In this document: one piece after another, positions 17,244 through 26,300 of the stretch
Position numbering within the stretch: the first letter of the stretch is position 1
How the letters are laid out: every line of letters starts with the position of its first letter
DNA from: Candidatus Latescibacterota bacterium
Lineage (GTDB): Bacteria > Latescibacterota > UBA2968 > UBA8231
Direction of reading: 5' to 3'
NCBI GenBank assembly: GCA_965261395.1
Contig: OZ253462.1
Location: forward strand, 3,296,001-3,360,000
DNA: 64,000 bases
The notes under the pieces: model-generated
The model's database searches: none
The model's input: the letters and a program-made list of their open reading frames with translations, nothing else
What the model was told of the DNA's origin: nothing
Translations under genes and position numbers: made by a program

Positions 17244-18752
17244 ATGTCGCCTTGCTGGGCTTGGTTGCTGGCCGCAGTGGGCCTATCTCTGCTCGGGAAT
17301 TGCAGTCCGCAGCCACAGACCGTAGCGGACCTGCCGCTGGTACAGGTCGGCGATGAGGTGATCACCGCAGAGGTATTGCGGCAGTACGAACGGGATCTAC
17401 CCACGGCCTTTCGTGCAGCCGCCTCTGGAGCGGCGGCTCAGCGCGAGCACCTCCAGAGCCTAGTGGACCGTCAGCTGATGCTGCTCGAAGCCGGAAACAG
17501 GGGGTACAGGAGCATGCCGGAGCTGAAAGCGGAACTGGAGCAACTCGCCAATAAAAAACTGATTGACCAAGTTACAGCCGAATATATCACCCGACGGGTC
17601 GAGGTGGCCGAAGAAGAACTGCTCCAGGAGTACCAAGAGGCCGACCTGGGCTGGATGGTTCGGCCCGCCCGCATTCTCTGCGCGACCGAGGAAGAGGCCC
17701 GAAAAATCGTCCGTGAACTGGAGCAGGGAGCGGATTTCGCCGCGTTGGCAGCGGCTCGCTCGCTAAAGGGCGCGACGGAAAAGGGCGGAGACTTGGGGCA
17801 CTTCTTCGGCCCGGAGGACGTGGCCCCAGTGCTGCAGAAGGTGATCTTCGATCTGCCTGTGGGGGGCATCAGCGCGCCCATCCGCACAGTAGAGGGGTAC
17901 GAAGTGCTGACGATTCTCGATCGCTATAGAATCCCCTTCGACCGGCTAAAGGAGCGATTGGCCACGAACGTGCGCCGGCGCAAATGGGCAGCCCGGCACC
18001 TCGAGTACCTCGAGGAACTCAAGAGGACGGATAGTTTGTCTCAAATTGTTGCTAGCGATCCCAAGGCCCTGTCTGATACCCTGCTGCTGAGAGAGGCTCG
18101 CCGACAAGGATTCGATTTGAACGCCGAGTTTTTGGCCTGGCAGGAAGCCAAATGCGAAGAATTGCTGATCAGACAACTGCGTCGGCGAGAAGTGATTGAT
18201 CTGCTTCCTCCTCCTCCCGAGGCGGAAGTGCGGCAGCACTACGAGGCGCATATAGATGGGTACAGCGTACCTGGAACGGTCTACTTGACCGAGATCCTGC
18301 TCAATACTCGGGAGGAAGCTATGGAGATCCGCCAGGCCGCGGAAGCGGGACAAAGCCTAGAGGATCTGGCTCGAAAGCACTCGGTGCGTCCGAGGACTGA
18401 GGACGGACACGGGCATGTCCACGCCGGTCGAGATGGACATGTGGTCCTTTATGCCCTCCAGAGTTCGCCCTATTACAGACTATTCCAGCGCCAAGAGAGA
18501 CAGCAAGTCGGGCAAATCCAAGGGCCGGTGGAACTGGACGGCAAGTTTGCCGTATTCAGGCTGGACGAGCCCATTGAACCGCATCGGATCCCCTTTGCAA
18601 AGGTGCGGAAGCACGTCCGTCGTCGAGTCAAGTTGCAGCATGCGAAGCGGGCTTTTGAAGTCTATATCGACTCATTGCGCACGGTCTACGCCGGGGAGGT
18701 CAAGTGGTTCGACGAGCATCTGGCTGGGCTGAACGCTGGTAATACGCGATGA
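17244..18752 (+). CDS. PpiC/parvulin-type peptidyl-prolyl isomerase lipoprotein (SurA/PrsA-like)
   Basis: Lipobox LGNC; ILCATEEEA...GADFAALAAARS...KGGDLG..F parvulin motif; a second degenerate parvulin domain (EILLNTREEA...LEDLARKHS). Confidence 0.85.
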   Translation: MSPCWAWLLAAVGLSLLGNCSPQPQTVADLPLVQVGDEVITAEVLRQYERDLPTAFRAAASGAAAQREHLQSLVDRQLMLLEAGNRGYRSMPELKAELEQLANKKLIDQVTAEYITRRVEVAEEELLQEYQEADLGWMVRPARILCATEEEARKIVRELEQGADFAALAAARSLKGATEKGGDLGHFFGPEDVAPVLQKVIFDLPVGGISAPIRTVEGYEVLTILDRYRIPFDRLKERLATNVRRRKWAARHLEYLEELKRTDSLSQIVASDPKALSDTLLLREARRQGFDLNAEFLAWQEAKCEELLIRQLRRREVIDLLPPPPEAEVRQHYEAHIDGYSVPGTVYLTEILLNTREEAMEIRQAAEAGQSLEDLARKHSVRPRTEDGHGHVHAGRDGHVVLYALQSSPYYRLFQRQERQQVGQIQGPVELDGKFAVFRLDEPIEPHRIPFAKVRKHVRRRVKLQHAKRAFEVYIDSLRTVYAGEVKWFDEHLAGLNAGNTR

Positions 18753-20206
18753 AGCCGAACGTCGTCCAACCAGTGATCAAGGGCGCCAGGTACTTCCTCG
18801 CGCATGCTCCCGGATTGGTGCGTTATGGTTCCAAACCTCGCCGCGAACTCCTGAAAACCCCGGAGCTTTGGGACCAAATTGCCCTGCATCTCCGCTCGTA
18901 TTCGGAAGCCGCGGCCTATGCACCCAACCAGGTCTTTCTGGGGCAGTTTGCGCCCGACGAACTCGCCACCCGCGAGCGGCCTTGGTTCGAGGGGAACAGT
19001 CCTTGGCAGCCGCGCTATCCCCACGGCGAGATCATGCCGGAAGAGACCCTCTATGGGCTCCTCAAGATAGCCGATGCGTTCGACTTGGTCTGGCTGGAAG
19101 AGAAATTTGCCGGGGAAGTTAGAGAAGCCCTAGCCGGCCACAGCTTGGTCCACAACTCCGAATTGGAGCGGCTCGGCGACGGTCAGCCCTATGCGGCAAT
19201 CGAGACTAGCGTGGCCGATCTGGAAGCAGCGCTGCCGCTCTTGCTCAAAAATGGGCGTCTGGTCGGATGCATACATCGCGCCCACGAAGAAGATGCCACG
19301 CTGGCAGCGGACGTGTTGCTCGAAAACCTGACGTGCAAAATAACGGCTGCTATGGCGCTGAGGACGCTGTTGAGCGATACCCAACTCGATCCGGCCGCGG
19401 TTGACTATATTATCAATAGCGGTGAGGAAGCCGTCGGGGAACGCTACCAGCGAGGGGGAGGGAATCTGGCCAAAGCCGTCGGAGAGATGTGCGGTCTGAG
19501 CAATGCGACCGGATCCGACGTCAAGGCCTTTTGCTGCGGGCCGGCGCACGCCTTGGTGATGGCCGGGGCGTTGGTGAGTTCAGGCGTGTTCGATGAAGTC
19601 GTCGTAGTCGGCGGATCCTCCCTGGCCAAGCTAGGGATGAAGTTCCAAGGCCATCTGCGCTGCGACTACCCCATCATAGAGGATGTGTTGGCTGCGGTAG
19701 CAGTACTGGTGGGCCCGGACGACGGCCTCAGTCCGGTGTTGCGGCTGGACTCGATAGGGCGGCACAGTGTCGGGGCTGGTTCTTCCCAGCAGGCCGTCTT
19801 TGAGGAACTGGTCTCCCGACCTCTGGCCAGACTGGGCTTGAGCTTCAGGGACGTGGATAAGTACGCTACCGAGTTGCACAATCCAGAGGCCACAGAGCCT
19901 GCGGGCAGCGGTGATGTTCCCAGGAGGAATTACCAAATGATTGCCGCCTTGGCGGTCCTCAACAAAGAGATTGACCGGTCGGAAATGCCGGCTTTCATCC
20001 AGACGTACGGGATGCCCGGTTTTTCGCCCACCCAAGGGCATATTGCCTCCGGCATTCCCTACTTGGGCCATGCGCTGGATCGCATGAGAGATGGCACGAT
20101 GCAAAGGGCCATGTTCCTCGCCAAGGGCAGCCTGTTCCTAGGCCGAATGACGCAGATGTCCGATGGCATGTCTTTTATCGTTGAAAATAACCCCAACAGG
20201 AGTTGA
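18749..20206 (+). CDS. grdC: glycine/sarcosine/betaine reductase component C, beta subunit
   Basis: PVIKGARYFLAHAP, GEIMPE, EEAVGERYQRGGGNLAKA, DVKAFCCGP, KLGM, ELHNPE, GFSPTQGHIASG, KGSLFLGRMT. Start overlaps the previous stop (ATGA). Confidence 0.93.
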   Translation: MKPNVVQPVIKGARYFLAHAPGLVRYGSKPRRELLKTPELWDQIALHLRSYSEAAAYAPNQVFLGQFAPDELATRERPWFEGNSPWQPRYPHGEIMPEETLYGLLKIADAFDLVWLEEKFAGEVREALAGHSLVHNSELERLGDGQPYAAIETSVADLEAALPLLLKNGRLVGCIHRAHEEDATLAADVLLENLTCKITAAMALRTLLSDTQLDPAAVDYIINSGEEAVGERYQRGGGNLAKAVGEMCGLSNATGSDVKAFCCGPAHALVMAGALVSSGVFDEVVVVGGSSLAKLGMKFQGHLRCDYPIIEDVLAAVAVLVGPDDGLSPVLRLDSIGRHSVGAGSSQQAVFEELVSRPLARLGLSFRDVDKYATELHNPEATEPAGSGDVPRRNYQMIAALAVLNKEIDRSEMPAFIQTYGMPGFSPTQGHIASGIPYLGHALDRMRDGTMQRAMFLAKGSLFLGRMTQMSDGMSFIVENNPNRS

Positions 20207-20210
20207 GCAG

Positions 20211-20681
20211 ATGGAACTGCAAGGAAAAAAAGCGATCGTCTTAGGCGAGCGGGACGGGGTGCCGGGTACGAGCATAGCAAACTGCGTCCGCAGCGCCGGT
20301 GCCGAAGTGGTCCTGGAGGTGACCTATTGCTTTGTGTGAACGGCCGCAGGCGGCGTTGACCTGGAAGGTCAAGAGGAAATCAAACGGACCGTCGAGCGCA
20401 CGGGCAGCGACGATGTCATCGTCATTTTGGGCACGCCCACCGCAGACAGCAGCAAGCTGTACGCCCTGACCATGACCGAAGGGGATCCAACTTGGGCGGG
20501 TGCCCTGGCCGGTCGAGCCCTTGGACTTCCGGTCTACCACATTATAGAGCCCGAGATCAAAGCGGCCGTGGACAGCGCGGTGTACGAGGCCGAGGTAGGC
20601 GTGGCCGAGATGGTCATGGACGAGGCCGCAGCCATCGTGGAAGCCGTGCGGGAAGTGCGTCAACGAAACACTACTCTTTAA
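20211..20681 (+). CDS. grdA: reductase selenoprotein A (Sec at codon 43, TGA 20337-20339)
   Basis: MELQGKKAIVLGERDGVPG...YCFV-U-TAAGGVDLEGQ...GDPTWAGALAG..LGLPVYHI, the canonical GrdA CxxU motif. The frame stays open after TGA to TAA at 20679-20681 (156 aa). Confidence 0.95.
20356..20372 (+). promoter_or_regulatory. bacterial SECIS hairpin of grdA
   Basis: TTGACCT-GGA-AGGTCAA, a perfect 7-bp stem with GGA loop starting 16 nt after the UGA. Confidence 0.75.
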
Positions 20682-20703
20682 GGCGAAATTTGGGGGTGAA
20701 CTC

Positions 20704-22053
20704 ATGGTTGAAACGCTGCGGGTAGTCCACTATCTGAATCAGTTTTTCGGGGGTATCGGTGCTGAGGAGCACGCCAATATCCCCCTGCAGGTCGAGGAAG
20801 GTGCCGTAGGGCCGGGCCGCGCGGTCCAGCAGATGTTGGGCGAGCGAGGGGCCGTGGTGGCCACGTTTGTCTGCGGCGACAATTATTTCGTCGAAGAGGG
20901 AGAGCAAGCTGCGGTTGCCGCCCGCCAAGCCCTCGAACACTACGCCCCTGATCTGGTACTCGCCGGCCCGGCCTTTGACGCGGGGCGCTACGGAGTGGCG
21001 TGTGCTCAGATGTGCGCCGTGGCTAAAGAGGCGGGCGTACCGGCCGTCACCGGCATGTACCCCGAGAACCCGGGGTACACTACCTTCCGGCGAGAGCTGG
21101 TGTGCGTACCTACGGGCACTCGGGCGACGGAGATGCAGGCTATCCTCACCCGCATGATCGAATTGGGCGTAAAGCTGGCTCGCGGCGAGGAACTCGGCCC
21201 TGCGGCCAAGGAGGGCTATTTGCCCACGGGCCTCAGAAAATCCGTCGTGCGTCAACAGCCTGGCTGGGAGCGGGCCATCGACATGCTGGAGGCTCGCGTG
21301 CACGAGCGACCTTATGCATCGGAAGTACTGCTTCAGCAGTACGAAACCGTGCCGCCGCCGCCGCCGGTAGAGGATCTTGGACAGGTAACTCTGGGTCTGG
21401 TCACCAGCGGTGGTTTGGTGCCCCGGGGCAATCCCGACGGACAGGTCTCTGGATTCGCTCAGCAGGCTTTTCGCTACTCTATCGAAGGGCAGAAGGCGCT
21501 GAGTACAGAGGACTGGGAATCCGTCCACGGGGGCTTCAACCCCCACATCCTCAACACCAAGAAGCCCAGCTATGTGCTGCCGTTGCCCGTTTTGCGGGAA
21601 TTGGAAGAAGAAGGGAAAATCGGCGCGATTTATCCGTACTTTTTCTCCACGGTGGGCAACGGCACTGCCGTCTCTCAAGCTAAGCAGATGGGAGCGCAGA
21701 TCGCCCAAGAGTTCAAAAGAGCCCAGATACGGGCGGCGCTCTTGGTGGCCACCTGAGGCAGTTGCAATCGTTGCGGAGCGACGATGAGCAAAGAGCTGGC
21801 CCGGGAGGGCATTGACGTGGTCGTGGTGAGCGCTATTCCCATGATCCCCATGTCGGTGGAAGTGAGCCGAGTGGTGAGAGGGGTGCGCGTGGAGCACGTG
21901 TGCGGCGATCCGAATTTGAACGAGGAAAACGATCGGCGACTGATGCGCCGGATCGTCGAGACGGCCCTGCAGGCCCTGCGCACCGAAGTCGCTGGCCCCA
22001 CCCTATTCGATCCGGACGCATCGTCCGCCGAGGAGAGAGTCCATGCGTCTTGA
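20704..22053 (+). CDS. grdB: reductase selenoprotein B (GrdB/GrdF/GrdH family; Sec at TGA 21754-21756)
   Basis: VVHYLNQFFGGIG, CGDNYF, GPAFDAGRYG, GMYPENPG, LVTSGGLVPRGNPD, HGG; LVAT-U-GSCNRCGATM (UxxCxxC). Joins ORF-track entries 20704-21756 and 21784-22053 (449 aa). Substrate subtype unresolved. Confidence 0.92.
21767..21785 (+). promoter_or_regulatory. bacterial SECIS hairpin of grdB
   Basis: ATCGTTGC-GGA-GCGACGAT, an 8-bp stem (one G-U pair) with GGA loop starting 10 nt after the UGA. Confidence 0.75.
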
Positions 22054-23362
22054 ACTAGGTACCTTTCCGGTCGATGAGGCGCGTTTCGGGTCGGAGACTC
22101 GCTGGCACGACGGACAGCTAGAGATCAACAGGCAGGAGTTGCTGGATCTCGCCCTGCAAGGGGGTGATATTCCCTCGGCGAGCATCGACTTGGTGCGGCC
22201 CGGCGAATCCGTGCGCATCGTAAAAATGCAGAACCTATACGAGCCCAAGGTGAAAGTGGCGGGTCCGGGGATGTTTTACCCCGGAGTGTGCGGTCGGCCT
22301 GCCGCTGCCGTGGGCCAAGGGCGGACCCATCGGCTAGGCCAGGTCGCCGTCGCGCTCTGCATCGACACCGGCCCCCTAGGACCGAGTGCGCGCCAGCGTT
22401 CCGAGCGGACGGCTCGGGAATCGAGTGCAAGCGCAGGTGTTCCGCGAGAAAACCGAGGCGGGTTCCTCGACATGTCCGGCCCGGGAAATCTACCTCCGTA
22501 CGATGAACTCAACCTAGTCTGCGCGACCCTGGAAAATCCCCGGGGCGAGGAGGAAGACTGCCATCTGGCCGTCCAAGCCGCGGTCTTGAGGATAGTGGAC
22601 CGGCTGGCCCAGACCACCTCGGGGTTGGAGCCGCCCGAACTGGAAGTATTTGATCTCACCTCGACAGATCCCTCCCTCCCGGGCTTTGTCTTCATAACCC
22701 ACTTGGCGTCCAACGAGTGGCAGGTGGGTCCGCGATCCCAGCGTGGCACCTCGGTATACGGACAAACGAGGCTCTCAGCGCCCTGGCTGCTCTACCCCAC
22801 GGAGGTGATGGACGGTGCCCTCTTCATGGGTTCTGGACGCTCTACCTGCTGGCATCTGTCCAACAACCCAGCGGTCGTCCATCTCGCCCGGCGGCACGGC
22901 GAGAGTTGCAACTTCCTAGGCTGCATTGTGCAGCGCACGAATTGGACCACCCAGGGGGAGAAGGATATGGCGGCCGAGCGCGCCGCTTTGCTGGCCAAGA
23001 GTTTGGGGGCCCAGGGTGCCATTGTAACCACCGACTTCCGGGGCCAGCGGTTTTTGGAGACTGCTCTGACGGTCAGGGCCTGCGAGCGCCAGGGGATCGA
23101 GACCGTTTTGCTCACCGGGGAAGAGGACAACGAGGCAGGAGCGGCTCCGCCCTTGCTGGTGTCATTTGCCGAGATCCGCTCTGTGGTCAGCACGGGTACA
23201 GGCGGCTTTGAGCAGTCCTTCCCGGCTGTAGAAGAAGTGGTGGGAGCTAATTGTCCCGAGGATCACTGGTTCGAGGAAAAGCCGCCCGTGCACGGGCGCT
23301 ACGGCGTCAGCTACATCACCGACTACTATGGCTCTGGATACCATAGCTGCGAGGATTATTGA
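22043..23362 (+). CDS. reductase component B proprotein subunit (GrdE/GrdG/GrdI family), divergent
   Basis: MRLELGTF, PGESVRI, EPKVKV, VGQGRTHRL, LDMSGPG, LYPTEVMDGA, NNP, LGAQGAIVT, CERQGIETV. Overlaps the grdB stop. Confidence 0.85.
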   Translation: MRLELGTFPVDEARFGSETRWHDGQLEINRQELLDLALQGGDIPSASIDLVRPGESVRIVKMQNLYEPKVKVAGPGMFYPGVCGRPAAAVGQGRTHRLGQVAVALCIDTGPLGPSARQRSERTARESSASAGVPRENRGGFLDMSGPGNLPPYDELNLVCATLENPRGEEEDCHLAVQAAVLRIVDRLAQTTSGLEPPELEVFDLTSTDPSLPGFVFITHLASNEWQVGPRSQRGTSVYGQTRLSAPWLLYPTEVMDGALFMGSGRSTCWHLSNNPAVVHLARRHGESCNFLGCIVQRTNWTTQGEKDMAAERAALLAKSLGAQGAIVTTDFRGQRFLETALTVRACERQGIETVLLTGEEDNEAGAAPPLLVSFAEIRSVVSTGTGGFEQSFPAVEEVVGANCPEDHWFEEKPPVHGRYGVSYITDYYGSGYHSCEDY

Positions 23363-23394
23363 CGGGTTTGGCCGTGCGCAGGAAAGGCGTCAAC

Positions 23395-26300
23395 CTAGCT
23401 TTGAGCGGCAAAGGCGAGAGCATTCTGAAATAGCTTCAGCCACGGCCCCTCTTCGCCCGTCCACTCCGCCGGACGCCAAGATAGCTGGACATTGCGGCAG
23501 ACGCGCTCGGGGTGCGGCATCATAATGGTAGCGCGGCCGTCGGCGCTGGTGAAGGCAGTCAGCCCGTCGGGCGAGCCGTTCGGGTTGGCCGGATAGCGCT
23601 CGGCCGGATCGCCGTAGTTATCGACGTAGCGCAGGCAAAGCTGGTTTTGCATCCGCACTCGTTCTATTTCTCGCTCGTCGCCAAATTGGACGCGGCCCTC
23701 GCCGTGCGCCACCGCAATGGGCAAACGCGAGCCTTCCATGCCGCGCAAGAGCACCGATTGGCTCTCCAGCACTTCTACGGTCGCAAATCGCGCCTCAAAC
23801 TGCTCGGAGCGGTTGCGCACAAATTGCGGCCAGTTAGCCGCGCCCGGGATCAGCTCCTTGAGGTGCGACAGCATCTGGCAGCCATTGCACACTCCCAAGG
23901 AAAAGGTATCCGGTCGCTCGAAAAAGGCGGCGAATTGCTCGCGCAGGCGGTCGTGAAAGAGGATCGAACGCGCCCAACCAGCCCCGGCCCCGAGCACGTC
24001 GCCGTAGCTGAAGCCGCCGCAGGCAGCCAGCCCGTGAAACGAACTCAACTCGACGCGTCCTGCCAATAGGTCGGTCATAGTCACGTCAACCGCCCCGCAG
24101 GCGGCTGCGTCAAAGGCTGCGGCCATTTCCACTTGGCCGTTAATGCCCTGCTCTCTCAGCACGGCCACGCGGGGCCGCGCCTTCCCTCCTATGGTCGGAG
24201 CGACTTCGTGCGCCAAGTGGAAGTTCAGGCCCGGGTCTTGGCCGTCGGCAAGGGCCTCGTACTCTTCGCGGGCGCAGTCCGGGTCATCGCGGTGGGCCTG
24301 CATCCGATACGTCAGCTCAGCCCACGCCGCGTGGAGGTCGAGCAGTGGAGCTTCATAGATGAGATCACCGCGGTGGCGAACGCGCAGGTGCAAATCGTCG
24401 GCACCGTCAACGGGCTGGCCCACCCCATGCACCAAGTCGGCGATACCCTGATCCGCAAAGACCTTGTACACGGCTTCCTCATCCTCGACGCGATATTGGA
24501 TCACAACGCCCACTTCCTCGCAAAAGAGCGCAGCGAGTAGATCGTCGCCCAGCGTGTTGATCGTCAGCTCCACTCCGCAGCGACCGGCAAACGCCATCTC
24601 AGCCACCGCGGCGAAGAGGCCACCATCGGAGCGGTCGTGGTACGCGAGCACGAGATCTTGGTCGAGCAAAGTCTGCACGGCCTCATACAAACCGCGCACA
24701 TCGCCTGCATCTACGTCCGGAGCCTCGCTGCCGATTTGATTGTAAGCTTGAGCGAGACAAGAGCCGCCGAGGCGGTTTTGTCGGCGACCCAAATCCACGA
24801 GCAGCAGCCGGGTATCGCCGACGCGCTTTAGATCGGGCGTGGCATGGCGGCGCACATCGTCCACCGACGCAAAGGCCGAGACGACCAAACTCAACGGCGC
24901 GACCACTTTGTGCGCTGCGCCCTCGGCGTTTTCCCACACCGCCCGCATGGACAGCGAGTCTTTACCCACCGGGATCGACACGCCTACTGCCGGGCAAAAC
25001 TCCAACCCCACTGCGCGCACTGTGTCGTACAAGGCCGCATCTTCGCCCTCCTCGCCACAGGCGCACATCCAGTTGCCCGACAGCTTGATGCGGTGGATCG
25101 GGCCGATGTGCGCCGCAGCAATGTTAGTAATCGCCTCGGCAATGGCCATGCGCCCAGACGCTGGCGCATCCACCAAGGCGAGGGGCGTGCGTTCACCCAT
25201 GGCCATGGCCGACCCGGTGTACCCCTGAAAGGAGTGGCAAGTCATGGCCAGATCCGCGACCGGCACCTGATGGGGGCCGACCATCTGATCGCGGGCCACC
25301 AAGCCGGTGACCGTGCGGTCGGCAATGGTGATGAGGAAGGTCTTGGCCGCTACGGCTGGGAAGCGGAGCACGCGCTCGGCGGCCTCGGCTATCGAGGGGC
25401 CCTCCAAGGCGAGGGGTTGCCGCACGGGCCGGCTGCGCGTTGCGCGGCGCAGCATCTTGGGCGGTTTGCCCAAAATGACCGCTAGATCGAGGTCGTCGAT
25501 GGGCTTGCCGCCGAGCAGCGCGTCGTCGAGCGACAGCGTGCCGTCGCCAGTGATCTCGCCGATGACCGCAAACAGGCAGCGCTCGCGCGCGGCCAACTCG
25601 GCAAAGCGATCCAAATCAGCGCGGCCCACCACCAGCACGTAGCGCTCTTGCGCCTCATTGCTCCAAATCTGCATCGGACTCATGCCCGGGTCGTCGTTGT
25701 GAATGGCCCGCAAGTCAAAGCGCGCCCCTACGTCTGCGACTAACTCCGGGCAGGCGTTGGACAGGCCGCCGGCCCCCACATCGTGGATGCTGATGATGGG
25801 ATTTTCCGCACCGAGCGAAATGCAGCGGCTGATTAGCTCTTGGCAGCGGCGCTGCATCTCGGGGTTGTCGCGCTGCACCGAGGCAAAGTCGAGGTCCTCG
25901 CTGTTAGCGCCTGTGTCCATGCTAGAGGCCGCGCCCCCGCCGAGGCCGATGAGCATGGCCGGTCCTCCGAGTTGAATGACGCAATCGCCCGCCGCTGGGG
26001 TTTTCTTTTTTACGTGCGCGGCGTCGATGAGGCCGACGCCACCGGCGACCATGATCGGCTTGTGGTAGCCGCGCCACACCCCAGTGCTGTCGTCTTCTAA
26101 GGTGCGGAACATCCCCAAGATGTTGGGCCGGCCGAATTCATTGCCAAACGCCGCGCTGCCGATCGGCCCTTCGGTCATAATGGCGAGCGGAGTAGCCAAG
26201 CGGTCCGGGAAGGCCGCGCGTTCTTTTTCCCACGGCTGGGCAAACCCAGGCAGGCGCAGATGCGAGGTGAAAAAGGCGCACAGGCCCGCCTGCGACCAGC

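Noticed and set aside
20337-21756. In-frame TGA codons in grdA and grdB read as nonsense mutations (pseudogenes)
   Set aside because: Both fall exactly at the known Sec positions (CxxU, UxxCxxC), homology continues in frame, and SECIS-like hairpins follow.
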